Made by a program: the position numbers and the translations under genes
Notes under the pieces: generated by a model
Seen by the model: the letters and a program-made list of their open reading frames with translations, nothing else
What the model was told of the DNA's origin: nothing
Database searches by the model: none
Shown here: in pieces, positions 1 to 14,168 of the stretch
How the letters are laid out: the number at the start of each line of letters is the position of its first letter
How positions within the stretch are numbered: the first letter of the stretch is position 1
DNA from: Macrostomum hystrix
Taxonomy: Eukaryota; Animalia; Platyhelminthes
Length of the DNA stretch: 64,000 nt
Reading direction: 5' to 3'
NCBI GenBank assembly: GCA_950097015.1
Contig: CATNEN010000038.1
Location: forward strand, 25,482,001-25,546,000

Positions 1-84
1 AAGATTTTAGTTTGAAGCATTTTGCTTTCGATTTTTATTACAGGCTCCAGTTCCAGCGGTTGTAGTTTTGAACAACCTGAATGT

Positions 85-335
85 GATGTCCGGAGTTCGA
101 ATCTCAGACCATAGAGAACGTATTAATTTGTGTCCTCGAAATTGTCATGTAGTAAATGTTGGCCCTGAAGGGCGTGAATTGCACAACTGGCATAAGTTTG
201 CTTTCTATCCACGAGTAAATTGAAGCCCAGTAGTTACAGCTATGGACTTTTAGCTATATAGGTCGTGGTTTCGAATCACTGGTCACAAAAATCTAGTATA
301 GTGTCCTTTACAGCGAGATATTTAATTCCCAGCTA
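85..335 (+). mobile_element. Degenerate tRNA-derived SINE remnants (two B-box-like segments)
   Basis: GTTCGAATC at ~96 and GGTTTCGAATC at ~267, each followed by (T/G)GTGTCCT(C/T); the second continues ...agatatttaatt, resembling the SINE at 46990 (tgtggtcctttagagagacttaact). Confidence 0.35.
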
Positions 336-734
336 TAATACGCTCGTATATGTTTCATTTCTCGTACCCATCTATATTAACGGTTTAGCCCCAAAACCGT
401 GAAATATTAGTTAAACACATGCGCCGAGTTTCTTTGGTCTCAGATGCGCATAAAATCCCAGGAAGTCTAGCGGACGCCAGGCGAATTGCTTATTTATGAA
501 AGCAGCATATTTGATGACATTGAAACCGTGACTCTAGCGGCCAGTGCGAGCTTCAGTGCGTGACACATGCCCTGATAAAACTGCAAATAGTGTTCAGTCT
601 CTATACAGAAACTGCATGCTTGCCATCCCCTATGGCCTGCGTGATAATAGTATGATGGACACATGTATTGGTAAATAGATGGCTATATGTAACTCATATT
701 TGGGTAGATAAATAAATAAACGCGTGAGTTTATT

Positions 735-1115
735 TCATCTAAATAGATAGGTATTTAGATGGTAGATAGATTGATAGTTGGATAGATAGATAATTGGTAA
801 ATAGATGGCTAGGTAACTAGAAGGTGGGTAGACATTTGGGTAGATAGATGGATAGATGGGTGGGTAGATAGATGGGTGGGTAGATAGTTGAGTGGGTAGA
901 TAGTTAGGTGGGTAGATAGTTAGGTGGGTAGATAGTTGGGTGGGTAGATAGATGGGTGAGCAGATAGATGGGTGAGTAGACAGATGGGTGAGTAGACAGA
1001 TGGGTGAGCAGATAGATGGGTGAGCAGATAGATGGGTGAGCAGATAGATGGGTGGGTAGATAGGCGTGTGGGTAGATAGACGGATGGGCAAGTAAATGTG
1101 TGTGTAGATAAGATA
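735..1115 (+). repeat. Compound (GATA)/(GGGT)/(GATG) microsatellite
   Basis: Runs of tagatagatgggtgggtaga; the overlapping ORFs are repeat artefacts. Confidence 0.9.
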
Positions 1116-1985
1116 GACGCTCCCCAGCCTCCAGCTGTCCTAACTGAGCCAGCTGAATAATTGGGGACAAATTGGGCGCGAGTGGCACAGCTATAGCGAG
1201 AAGAGGCCAATTTCACCCAGGCGAACGGCTGGCCCAAGGCGCCACACCAGGACAGGCTACCATGTGGACACTGCAAGCATGTGGACACAAAGTGCGGTTG
1301 AAAATTCATTTTTTTGGCAGAAAATTTCTGGACTCGAGAAAGCACGATAGGCTGCAACAGCGTTTTGGCATTTTGCATTCCTTCGGTGCCTCCCAGCTCC
1401 CTATCTCTAGATCCCCACCAATATACCCTCGGCCTCTCATTCCGCTTTGGGATTTTTCTAATCTAATTTCTTAGTCGCATTTTCTATCCTTCGCTATGTA
1501 GGGGGAGGGGTGTGCGTGGTCGCTGAAATTGAGAACAGATGTAAAAAGAAACCAATAAGACCCTAATCAGAGACTCATGGCTCATACACACTCACACATA
1601 TATATATGTATATATCAATAAATACAGTCAAATGGTCAAATAGCTGCCCCCTGTAGCTTAATATGTGCGAGTACATATTCCCAATAATTAACATATCCCA
1701 TAAACAGGGAACAGTGTGGGTACCCATTCTTAGACGGATAATATTAAGGGCTCAAATCCCAAAAGTCAGATGTAAATTAGATGGTACGCATATAGCTCTA
1801 TCCTTCATCGTTAATGAAAGATTCTTAAACCGCAACACACACACACACACACCATAATTCCCAGTAGGATATGTCAACCAGGCCTGATATAATTGGTCAT
1901 GAGTTTAATGGCAGTTAATGGTCGTAACAGCACGACCATCATGGCTTAGAGTGGGCGCGCGCTATGCAATGAGAGCTAAAGTACG

Positions 1986-4900
1986 TGGATTGCTAGTCTA
2001 GCCTCAGTGGATGAAGGATTAGAATGGATTGCTAGTCTAGCCTCAGTGGATGAAGGATTAGAATGGATTGCTAGTCTAGCCTCAGTGGGTGAAGGATTAG
2101 AATGGATTGCTAGTCTAGCCTCAGTGGATGAAGGATTAGAATGGATTGCTAGTCTAGCCTCAGTGGATGAAGGATTAGAATGGATTGCTAGTCTAGCCTC
2201 AGTGGGTGAAGGATTAGAATGGATTGCTAGTCTAGCCTCAGTGGATGAAGGATTAGAATGGATTGCTAGTCTAGCCTCAGTGGATGAAGGATTAGAATGG
2301 ATTGCTAGTCTAGCCTCAGTGGATGAAGGATCAGAATGGATTGCTAGTCTAGCCTCAGTGGATGAAGGATTAGAATGGATTGCTAGTCTAGCCTCAGAGG
2401 ATGAAGGATTAGAATGGATTGCTAGTCTAGCCTCAGTGGATGAAGGATTAGAATGGATTGCTAGTCTAGCCTCAGTGGATGAAGGATTAGAATGGATTGC
2501 TAGTCTAGCCTCAGTGGATGAAGGATTAGAATGGATTGCTAGTCTAGCCTCAGTGGATGAAGGATTAGAATGGATTGCTAGTCTAGCCTCAGTGGGTGAA
2601 GGATTAGAATGGATTGCTAGTCTAGCCTCAGTGGATGTAGGATTAGAATGGAATGCTAGTCTAGCCTCAGTGGATGAAGGATCAGAATGGATTGCTAGTC
2701 TAGCCTCAGTGGATGTAGGATTAGAATGGAATGCTAGTCTAGCCTCAGTGGATGTAGGATTAGAATGGATTGCTAGTCTAGCCTCAGTGGATGTAGGATT
2801 AGAATGGATTGCTAGTCTAACCTCAGTGGGTGAAGGATTAGAATGGATTGCTAGTCTAGCCTCAGTGGGTGAAGGATTAGAATGGATTGCTAGTCTAGCC
2901 TCAGTGGGTGAAGGATCAGAATGGATTGCTAGTCTAGCCTGAGAGGATGCAGGATTAGAATGGATTGCTAGTCTAGCCTCAGTGGATGAAGGATCAGAAT
3001 GGATTGCTAGTCTAGCCTCAGTGGATGAAGGATTAGAATGGATTGCTAGTCTAGCCTCAGTGGATGAAGGATTAGAATGGATTGCTAGTCTAGCCTCAGT
3101 GGATGAAGGATTAGAATGGATTGCTAGTCTAGCCTCAGTGGGTGAAGGATTAGAATGGATTGCTAGTCTAGCCTCAGTGGATGAAGGATTAGAATGGATT
3201 GCTAGTCTAGCCTCAGTGGATGAAGGATTAGAATGGATTGCTAGTCTAGCCTCAGTGGATGAAGGATTAGAATGGATTGCTAGTCTAGCCTCAGTGGATG
3301 AAGGATCAGAATGGATTGCTAGTCTAGCCTCAGTGGATGAAGGATCAGAATGGATTGCTAGTCTAGCCTCAGTGGGTGAAGGATTAGAATGGATTGCTAG
3401 TCTAGCCTCAGTGGGTGAAGGATTAGAATGGATTGCTAGTCTAGCCTCAGTGGGTGAAGGATTAGAATGGATTGCTAGTCTAGCCTCAGTGGGTGAAGGA
3501 TTAGAATGGATTGCTAGTCTAGCCTCAGTGGATGAAGGATTAGAATGGATTGCTAGTCTAGCCTCAGTGGATGAAGGATCAGAATGGATTGCTAGTCTAG
3601 CCTCAGTGGATGAAGGATTAGAATGGATTGCTAGTCTAGCCTCAGTGGATGAAGGATTAGAATGGATTGCTAGTCTAGCCTCAGTGGATGAAGGATTAGA
3701 ATGGATTGCTAGTCTAGCCTCAGTGGATGAAGGATCAGAATGGATTGCTAGTCTAGCCTCAGTGGATGAAGGATTAGAATGGATTGCTAGTCTAGCCTCA
3801 GTGGATGAAGGATTAGAATGGATTGCTAGTCTAGCCTCAGTGGATGAAGGATTAGAATGGATTGCTAGTCTAGCCTCAGTGGATGAAGGATTAGAATGGA
3901 TTGCTAGTCTAGCCTCAGTGGATGAAGGATCAGAATGGATTGCTAGTCTAGCCTCAGTGGATGAAGGATCAGAATGGATTGCTAGTCTAGCCTCAGTGGA
4001 TGTAGGATTAGAATGGAATGCTAGTCTAGCCTCAGTGGATGAAGGATTAGAATGGATTGCTAGTCTAGCCTCAGTGGATGAAGGATTAGAATGGATTGCT
4101 AGTCTAGCCTCAGTGGATGAAGGATCAGAATGGATTGCTAGTCTAGCCTCAGTGGATGAAGGATTAGAATGGATTGCTAGTCTAGCCTCAGTGGATGAAG
4201 GATTAGAATGGATTGCTAGTCTAGCCTCAGTGGATGAAGGATTAGAATGGATTGCTAGTCTAGCCTCAGTGGATGAAGGATTAGAATGGATTGCTAGTCT
4301 AGCCTCAGTGGATGAAGGATCAGAATGGATTGCTAGTCTAGCCTCAGTGGATGAAGGATCAGAATGGATTGCTAGTCTAGCCTCAGTGGATGTAGGATTA
4401 GAATGGAATGCTAGTCTAGCCTCAGTGGATGAAGGATCAGAATGGATTGCTAGTCTAGCCTCAGTGGATGTAGGATTAGAATGGAATGCTAGTCTAGCCT
4501 CAGTGGGTGAAGGATCAGAATGGATTGCTAGTCTAGCCTCAGTGGATGAAGGATCAGAATGGATTGCTAGTCTAGCCTCAGTGGATGTAGGATTAGAATG
4601 GAATGCTAGTCTAGCCTCAGTGGGTGAAGGATCAGAATGGATTGCTAGTCTAGCCTGAGAGGATGAAGGATTAGAATGGATTGCTAGTCTAGCCTCAGTG
4701 GATGTAGGATTAGAATGGATTGCTAGTCTAGCCTCAGTGGATGTAGGATTAGAATGGATTGCTAGTCTAACCTCAGTGGGTGAAGGATTAGAATGGATTG
4801 CTAGTCTAGCCTCAGTGGGTGAAGGATTAGAATGGATTGCTAGTCTAGCCTCAGTGGGTGAAGGATCAGAATGGATTGCTAGTCTAGCCTGAGAGGATGC

Positions 4901-6241
4901 AGGATTAGAATGGATTGCTAGTCTAGCCTCAGTGGATGAAGGATCAGAATGGATTGCTAGTCTAGCCTCAGTGGATGAAGGATTAGAATGGATTGCTAGT
5001 CTAGCCTCAGTGGATGAAGGATTAGAATGGATTGCTAGTCTAGCCTCAGTGGATGAAGGATTAGAATGGATTGCTAGTCTAGCCTCAGTGGGTGAAGGAT
5101 TAGAATGGATTGCTAGTCTAGCCTCAGTGGATGAAGGATTAGAATGGATTGCTAGTCTAGCCTCAGTGGATGAAGGATTAGAATGGATTGCTAGTCTAGC
5201 CTCAGTGGATGAAGGATTAGAATGGATTGCTAGTCTAGCCTCAGTGGGTGAAGGATCAGAATGGATTGCTAGTCTAGCCTGAGAGGATGCAGGATTAGAA
5301 TGGATTGCTAGTCTAGCCTCAGTGGATGAAGGATCAGAATGGATTGCTAGTCTAGCCTCAGTGGGTGAAGGATTAGAATGGATTGCTAGTCTAGCCTCAG
5401 TGGGTGAAGGATCAGAATGGATTGCTAGTCTAGCCTGAGAGGATGCAGGATTAGAATGGATTGCTAGTCTAGCCTCAGAGGATGCAGGGTTAGAATGGAT
5501 TGCTAGTCTAACCTCAGTGGGTGAAGGATTAGAATGGATTGCTAGTCTAGCCTCAGTGGGTGAAGGATTAGAATGGATTGCTAGTCTAGCCTCAGTGGGT
5601 GAAGGATCAGAATGGATTGCTAGTCTAGCCTGAGAGGATGCAGGATTAGAATGGATTGCTAGTCTAGCCTCAGTGGATGAAGGATCAGAATGGATTGCTA
5701 GTCTAGCCTCAGTGGATGAAGGATTAGAATGGATTGCTAGTCTAGCCTCAGTGGATGAAGGATTAGAATGGATTGCTAGTCTAGCCTCAGTGGATGAAGG
5801 ATTAGAATGGATTGCTAGTCTAGCCTCAGTGGGTGAAGGATTAGAATGGATTGCTAGTCTAGCCTCAGTGGATGAAGGATTAGAATGGATTGCTAGTCTA
5901 GCCTCAGTGGATGAAGGATTAGAATGGATTGCTAGTCTAGCCTCAGTGGATGAAGGATTAGAATGGATTGCTAGTCTAGCCTCAGTGGGTGAAGGATCAG
6001 AATGGATTGCTAGTCTAGCCTGAGAGGATGCAGGATTAGAATGGATTGCTAGTCTAGCCTCAGTGGATGAAGGATCAGAATGGATTGCTAGTCTAGCCTC
6101 AGTGGGTGAAGGATTAGAATGGATTGCTAGTCTAGCCTCAGTGGGTGAAGGATCAGAATGGATTGCTAGTCTAGCCTGAGAGGATGCAGGATTAGAATGG
6201 ATTGCTAGTCTAGCCTCAGAGGATGCAGGGTTAGAATGGAT
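1986..6241 (+). repeat. 39-bp minisatellite, ~109 copies (TGGATTGCTAGTCTAGCCTCAGTGGATGAAGGATTAGAA)
   Basis: Near-identical head-to-tail units with a few diagnostic variants; the unit length is divisible by 3, giving the spurious DEGLEWIASLASV ORFs. Confidence 0.97.
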
Positions 6242-7362
6242 TTGGACTGCGAGTTAAAAATGCACAAGGATTCAATGCAAAACACGACCCTAAAATCTGC
6301 ATGGATCGTAACACACAACGGCCCTGTCACTGCAAAAAGGCTGTCTAGATGCTGTCGAATGTAGGTTTGCTTCAATAAGCACAGTCAGATAAAGCAAAGC
6401 TAAATTAAATCAGAGTATCAATTATCAGCGAATTTTTGCTAATGCAAAACCAAACACTCTAATTACAGGGCAACATTGTTAATAGCTAAGTTTACCAACG
6501 AAAAACGGAGCAAAAATTCGAGAAAAAGCTGATCAAATTGAATCAACCAATCAATTGGTTAACAATTATTTACTCTTAAAGTAGGTGGCAAATATTAAAC
6601 TAATTAAGTTCCAATTAAAGCAGATGAACCTTATTATTTGTATATTTATGTTTTTATTGACAATTTTAATATTAGAATTATAACTAGAGTAAAAAAACTG
6701 TTTTAGAGACAGTTTTTTTTTCAAAGAACAGATTGAAGCAGTCATGAATTCTGAATCTGTGAGTAACACAGAATGCAGAGCAATATGAAATAACATAAGG
6801 AATTCATCTTTGTATGCACAAACTCGGTTGAATGTACTGTAAAAAGTTAGTGTAGTTACTGTAGGAAATAGAACTTTGAGTTCGTTCAAACATTCTTAGA
6901 AATTCCAGCCTACGAGCTTTCGATGCTATTTTTAGCAAGCAAGTATTTCCCAAATTTGATTGGCTAGAACAATATATACTATTTTTAGATGGATTCCCTA
7001 ATTTTTATTGGCTAGCAAAAGAGATTCTCCTAGGCTATTTTTAGCAACCACTAGTAAAGGATGCCTATAGTCACTATGCTTGGATTTCAATGGTCTGCAC
7101 TGCAATGACATGCAATTAAAAGTAAAGTAACCAATCAGATTGCATAAATAAATGCTGTCTTACAAACTTATAACGGCGACAACAATACAGCAAAACACTA
7201 AATAAACAAAACTGATTTAAACTGATTAACATTTTTGTTGAGTAATAAGAAGCAACTGTACAAGCAACTCAAAAGATTGGCATAGCAACAAGAATTGAAT
7301 AGGAAAATTGGGACAGAGCAATATTAGTTAAGCCGGAATTTAGATAATTAATTTTCGGTGCG

Positions 7363-10300
7363 TCAGCCAGTTGCTAGGAAACGCCGGATGCCCAAATCAC
7401 GCCTAGCGCTAAGCGCGCAGTCTGGGCTAAGCAGGCGATTCAGTCCAACAGAGCTAGATAAAGCGCTTCGGCGTTGCCATGGTGACGCTTGCTCGTCGTG
7501 GGCGATAGTCGAACAAACCAGCTGGAACAAATTTTCGCCGGCAAGGCGACGCGACACGCCAAATCGTTGAATGACGGCGTCCGGGCGTTGACGCAGAGCG
7601 GACAGGGCTGACTCGCCTTGATCGAAGGCGATTGGTGGAGTTAGCGCCGGCTCCGGCGCCAGGAGGTTCCAATCGACGCCGAGGCAGCGCTGTACGCTGC
7701 TATGCCGCGGTGGCTTCGGCGATAGTGTCGCCTTTTTTCTAGCTTCGACATCGTCATCGGCGTAGGCGCCATCCAGATCTTTGAAAGTCGGCGTCAGCTC
7801 GTCATCGGACAACTGGACAGCGTCCGAGTTTAGCAACTCCTCAACACCTGGCATAGCGTAGCGACGATGCCGACGCAGGTAACGATTGCGAGACACGGCT
7901 GCTGGCGGATGCACAGCCGTCTGGTCCAAGCCAAGCCGGCGACGTTTCACAACGGCCTCGGCGTCTGGTGCTGGCAGGATTCGGCGAACTAGGCGATCTA
8001 GCAGCCAGGATTCGGGGGAGCAGCTGGCGGACCCGGCTTCGCTGTCGCTGCCACTGGAGGAGCTGAATCGGTGCGTTTCGTTTAGAGGCCAAATAATATA
8101 TGGATTTCTCCTGATTTTGTGAGTGAGATTTAAGGGTGAGATTATCATGGTGAGATGGTGAGTGTTATCTTAAGGTGATGTTGTGTTATCAGATTAAGAT
8201 TATCTTGAGAGGCCTATCTAGTTATTGCGAGAAATAAATACAAAGTGACCTAGACCTCATTTTATCATAGGAAAGCTTATGAATGTCTAGGACATAAAAT
8301 ATATATTAACAATGTTGGAACAGAAACAACAAGTGAACGAGGCTCACCCGCTGTCGCCCTGATCGGGGCTGCCCTCTTGGCTAGGGGTGCTGTTGCTGCT
8401 GCCGCTTCGACGCCGATCTCTGCGGAGTAACAGCCGACGTCGCCTTAAGTCGATTCCATTGGCTTCTTCGATAGCGGCAGCGGCGGCGGTCGCATCGACG
8501 GGCTTGCAACTGGGGTTCGCGACAGAGGAGCTCTCCGATGTCTGCCGACGACGAGCAGAGTCACGACGATCGCGATCTCTAACATGGTCTCGACTACGAC
8601 GACGGTACCGGTGTCGATCTCGACTGCGTTCCCGACTGCGAGCACGACTACGTTCACGACTGCGTTCTCGATCCGGATCACGACTGCGTTCACGACTGCG
8701 AGCACGACTGCGTTCACGACTGCGAGCACGACTGCGAACACGAATGCGTTCACGACTACGTTCTCGATCCCGATCACGACTGCGAGCACGACTGCGTTCT
8801 CGATCCCGATCAAGACTGCGTTCTCGACTGCGAGCATGACCGCGTTCTTGACTGCGAGCGCGACTGCGTTCTGGATCCCGATCACGACTGCGAGCACGAC
8901 TGCCTTCTCGATCCCGATCACGACTGCGTTCTCGATCCTGATCACGACTGCGTTCTCGATCCCGATCACGACTGCGTTCTCGATCCCGATCACGACTGCG
9001 TTCTCGATCCCGATCACGACTGCGTTCTCGACTGCGAGCACGACTGAGTTCTCTACTGCGAGCACGACCGCGTTCTCGACTGCGTTCTCGACTGCGAGCA
9101 TGACTGCCTTCTCGATCCCGATCACGACTGCGTTCTCGATCCCGATCACGACTGCGTTCTCGATCCCGATCACGACTGCGAGCACGACTGCGTTCTCGAT
9201 CCCGATCACGACTGCGTTCTCGATCCCGATCACGACTGCGTTCTCGACTGCGAGCACGACTGAGTTCTCTACTGCGAGCACGACCGCGTTCTCGACTGCG
9301 AGCATGACTGCCTTCTCGATCCCGATCACGACTGCGAGCACGACTGCGTTCTCGACTGCGAGCACGACTGAGTTCTCTACTGCGAGCACGACCGCGTTCT
9401 CGACTGCGAGCATGACTGCCTTCTCGATCCCGATCACGACTGCGAGCATGACTGCCTTCTCGATCCCGATCACGACTGCAAGCACGACTGCGTTCTCGAT
9501 CCCGACCACGACTGCGTTCTCGACTGCTAGCACGATGACGATTGCGCGCACGATCTACTGTTCGAGAATCTTCTTTACTACTGACGCGACTGGTTCTTTC
9601 TTTATCCTGAGCTGGCAACACTTGCGCACCGCTGACGTGACGTTCGCTGCCTGTCAGAATTTTAACACTAGACTCATCAACATTCGGCTGCTGATCAACT
9701 TGATCGTAACTTTGTCGGTCAACTTCCTCATTGGTCTTCGCTGAATGCTGGATTAAGTTGATAGTTTTGATATCACTCTGTTCAGAAACGGCTTCGTAGC
9801 TAACGTCATCGCGCCTTTGAACAAAATATCGTTCTTGACTTAGAGGACTCTTGGGACACTCGATTTCGACGACTGCTTTACTCTGATTGTTTTGGTCTTC
9901 AATTCTGTCTTGCAAAGTAAAACCACCCCTGGTTTGATCCTGATCTAGACTTTCTTGGACAGTCCGCTTTAAGTCTCGATCTTGAGCTGAATCGGTCTTG
10001 TGGCTAGAAGCGTTGGCATTATTACTTTTATTTTCTCGACCATGATGTTGTTTGTGATTGCGGTCAGAAGCCTCTGCTTTCTCGTTTTCGAAGTCTTTGT
10101 CCTTCTCACGACATGAAACTTCGATCTTGTGACGCATTTGATCCACACCTCGACTTTTTTCCTTCTCAAAACTGGAATTCTCAGTTTTGTCCCGCTTCTG
10201 GTCTCGACTTCGTTCTTTATCCTTCTCAGTTTTGGAATCTTCGACCTTGTCGCGCTTTTGCTCACGACTTCTATCTTTGTCCTTCTCAGTTTTGGAATCG

Positions 10301-12360
10301 TCGACTTTGTCACGCTTTCGCTCACGACTTCGATCTTTGTCTTTTTGACAACTGGAATCTTCCATCTTGTCATGCTTCTGATCTCGACTTCGTTCTTTGT
10401 CGTGACGACTGGAATCATCTACATTGTCACGCTTCTGATCTCGACTCCGATCTTTGTTGTGGCGACTGGAATCGTCGACCTTGTCACGCTTCTGATCTCG
10501 ACTTGGATCTTTGTCGAGACGGCTAGAATCTTCGATCTTGTCACGCTTCTGATCTTGACTTCGATCTTTGTTCTGACGACTGGAATCGTCGATATTGTCA
10601 CGCTTCTGATCTCGACTTCGATCTTTGTCTTTGTCCAGACTGGAATCTTGGACCTTGTCACGCTTTTGATCTCGATTTGGATCTTTGTCGTGACGACTGG
10701 AATCATCTACATTGTCTCGCTTCTGATCTCGACTCCGATCTTTGTTGTGGCGACTGGAATCGTCGACCTTGTCACGCTTCTGATCTCGACTTGGATCTTT
10801 GTCGAGACGGCTAGAATCATCTACATTGTCACGCTTCTGATCTTGACTTCGATCTTTGTTCTGACGACTGGAATCGTCGATATTGTCACGCTTCTGATCT
10901 CGACTTCGATCTTTGTCTTTGTCCAGACTGTAATCTTGGGCCTTGTCACGCTTTTGATCTCGACTTGGATCTTTGTCGTGACGACTGGAATCGTCGACAT
11001 TGTCATGCTTCTGCTGACGACTTCGATCTTTGTCTTTTTGACGACTGGAATCTTCAATCTTGTCACGCTTTTTATCTTGACCCTGATCTTTGACCTGATT
11101 GTGATTAGAAGCTTCAGCCTTGCTACTTTTACTGTTCCGACTTTGACAGTGATCTTTTTCCCGACTGGAGTCTTCAAGCTTTCGTTCTTGATCTTGATCT
11201 GGAAGCTGCAGTTGAGGGGAATCTCTGATTTTGGTCCGCTTCCGAACCTGACTTTGGTCTTGGTCGTGTTCGCGTTTAGAAGCTTTACTGCTCTTCTGAT
11301 CCCGACTTTGAACTGGCTCCTGCTCACGAATAGAATCTTTGGCTTCGTTACGCTTTCGATCTTGATCTCGATCAGAGTGCCGATCAAGATTGGAATCTCT
11401 TTCCTTTTCGCTCTTTAGGCGTTGGACTGCGTCCTTATTTCGATCCTGCACCTTCTCAGTCTTTCGATTGGTATCTCGAACCGGTTCCACATCCTTAATC
11501 CTTTCCTTAACCTTGTCTTGCTTTTGATCATGTCCCCCGTCGGTATCCTGGTTCGATTTGGTACCTTCAACATCTGGACGCTTCGGGTCATGACTCAGAC
11601 TATCAGCACTTTGAACAAAATTAAGCTTCGAATTATCAAGTTGGTCGTGATCGTGACTGTGTTTGGAAATAATCATTTTTAGGTCTCTACTAGGAACCTC
11701 GTCAGGAATAGGATTTTTAATGTCGCCTTTTATGGCGTCATTTGGACGACTGCCACCTGGATTGTCTGCTGATGAACCCTCAGTTGTCTTCTGATTGTCC
11801 TCACAAGCACACAGAGGCGCTGGAAGGGCTACAGTGGGAGTACCTCCGTTGGCATTCATATTAAGCATCTCCCATTCGGGATCGATCAGCATCAGCTCAT
11901 CCTTCGGAGGCTTCAGATCGTCCTCGTCGTCATCACTGTCACTAGTACCGCTATCTCCGTCTGGGACAACGCTATTATTCTCTTCGGCTGTCTTCAACTG
12001 ATCCGTCTGACTATGATTCTTGACGCTCTTCGATCGCTTTGATTTCTTGGACTTCTTAGACTTGCTTTTCTTTTTCTTCTTTTTCTCTGGTGATGATTTC
12101 CTATCGCCCAGCGAATGCTTCTTTCGCTTGTTATCGCCGCCTGCTTGTTCGCTGTGACGCTTTCGTTTCTCTCTTTGATGTGATCTGTCCTTGTCGAGGC
12201 TGGGTGACGAATCCGATGGCTGAGACTTTCCATCGCCGTCTCCCTTGTCAACTGGTTGAATTCTTTGATGCTGCTGAATATGACGGTGTCGATGCCTATT
12301 TTGAGAAGAGGAGTCGCGGTGGTGCGACTCGCGATGCGAAGACTTCTCCGCTTTTTCTGC
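7363..12360 (-). CDS. ZC3H13: ZC3H13/Flacc-like m6A methyltransferase-complex subunit; exons 12360-8348 and 8062-7363 (>=1570 aa, 5' end unresolved)
   Basis: Phase-2 intron (GG|GTGAG at 8347, TTCAG| at 8063) joins the 1340-aa RS/RD-rich ORF to the 7363 ORF. C-terminal motifs LSDDEL, GVDWNLL, PDAVIQRFGVSRRLAGENLF and ALSARRDLGIRRFL match the recalled ZC3H13/Flacc C-terminus (human-like DWSGL...PGAVMLRVGISKKLAGSELF...ALCFRRDSAIRKQL). Confidence 0.8.
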
Positions 12361-12449
12361 CTGCAACGAGACATGAAATAAAGCTTTTGCTGTGAGCTAA
12401 ACTTTGCTTTACTAATTGGGACTAATATACTTGACAATATGCGAAAATG

Positions 12450-12928
12450 GAGAAAACTAAAGACGCACTTGAGGAAACTAAACGGGAAACTAAAGACACA
12501 CCGAGGAAACTAAATGGGAAACTAAAGACACTAAACGGGAAACTAAAGACACACCGAGGAAACTAAATGGGAAACTAAAGACACTAAACGGGAAACTGAA
12601 GACACAGGGGGAAATTAAATTGGAAACTGAAGGCACACTGAGGAAACTAAATGGGAAACTGAAGGCACACTGAGGAAACTAAATGGGAAACTGAAGGCAC
12701 ACTGAGGAAACTAAATGGGAAACTGAAGGCACACCGAGGAAACTAAATGGGAAACTAAAGACACACCGAGGAAACTAAATGGGAAACTAAAGACACTAAA
12801 CGGGAAACTGAAGACACAGGGGGAAATTAAATTGGAAACTGAAGGCACACTGAGGAAACTAAATGGGAAACTGAAAGCACACTGAGGAAACTAAACGGGA
12901 AACTAAAGACACACCGAGAAAACTAAAT
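12450..12928 (+). repeat. ~32-bp minisatellite (GAGGAAACTAAATGGGAAACTGAAGGCACACT)
   Basis: About 15 tandem units, with shorter variants. Confidence 0.9.
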
Positions 12929-13619
12929 ATGATACTGATCAGTACATCAACTTTAAAATAACGATAAGCAAATGAAGAGTGCAGATCATAACTTATAAAT
13001 CTGAGAAGACAGAACTGCATATTTTATTTATTACATAATATATAAGCGTATTGTAATCACGATTGAGAACATAACAAGAGTGCATGAATGCAGCACAGAA
13101 CAGCCTGCACTTTATTCTTACATAAATGACAATTTTTCTCCTACATACGAGCGTATATATTGAGTGATCATGCATTCCGTAATTTATAAAAAAAACACTT
13201 TTAACTACTGACTTTCAAATCAGAGTGAGCAGCAAGAACGAAGGAATAACAATGAAACATTCAAATTTCTCAAACGCAGAATAGCAGAACAAAATATTTA
13301 CTTGCAATACACAAACTGCCAACTTATGAAGCAAAGCGGATTAGCATTACATGGTAATTTACTTATTGTTTTATGAAAATTCTTTCTGAATTATTTTTTT
13401 TGTTTGATAAACAAAATGAGATAATAGAATGAATCATTTAAAAGATTAATACATTTAGACTCAGAAGAAAAATCTGTTTTATAGTCAAGTCAAAATACTT
13501 ACATTGCTAGAAGCATGCGAATCAGTTCATCTAGTTCAAATGTGCACTGGGGTGGTAGGATTTTTGAAATTCATTTTCGAAATTCATACAAATAGTTTTA
13601 CTTGAACGGCAAACAACAC

Positions 13620-13920
13620 AGGGTAGATATTTTAATTAGAAGCCTGGCCTGTCTCAAAATACATTTAGGCTGGCCAGGTTTTTTATAGCATTGACCAAAT
13701 GGGGTAGATAATATTTTAATTAGAAGCTTGGCCTATTTCAATGTACAATTAGGCTAGCCTGGTTTTTATAGCACCCACCAAGCGGGGTACAGAATATTTT
13801 CATTAAAGACTGTTCTGTCTCAATGTACATTTAGGCTAGCCTGGTTTTTATAGCACTGACCAAGCGGGGTAGAAATTTTCTAATTAAAAGCCTCGACGGT
13901 TTGCCTTAATGTACATTTGG
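13620..13920 (+). repeat. Degenerate ~81-bp tandem repeat, ~4 copies
   Basis: Units start GGGTA at ~13621, 13701, 13784 and 13866 and share aatgtacatttaggctagcctggtttttatagca. Confidence 0.75.
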
Positions 13921-14168
13921 GCAAGAAAGATTTATAAGTTTGGTGAAACCCGAATGTACATTAGCAATTGGCTGCGTTGCATTAATTGACAAATAAATAT
14001 CACAAATAAATAAGTATTTAATGCGAGAAACTTCGAATCCGAATAATTTTTATAGACCAATTAATTGAACAATCAATTCTATTGTTGAGTAAACATAATT
14101 AATAATTTTTAACGTCACACAGAAAAACCTTAGAGTAAACCAATTTGTGAAAAACTGCCGTTTTGTTC

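Noticed and set aside
904-1474. Short ORFs around the GC-richer patch at 1110-1450
   Set aside because: No recognisable homology, and they run into microsatellite.
1986-6241. CRISPR array or repeat-protein ORFs (DEGLEWIASLASV)n
   Set aside because: Head-to-tail units with no unique spacers, eukaryotic context, no cas genes, and GTG-initiated ORFs that arise because the unit is 39 bp.
8387-11418. Antisense and alternate-frame ORFs (Thr-rich mucin-like, hydrophobic membrane-like)
   Set aside because: Shadow frames of the repetitive ZC3H13 exon.
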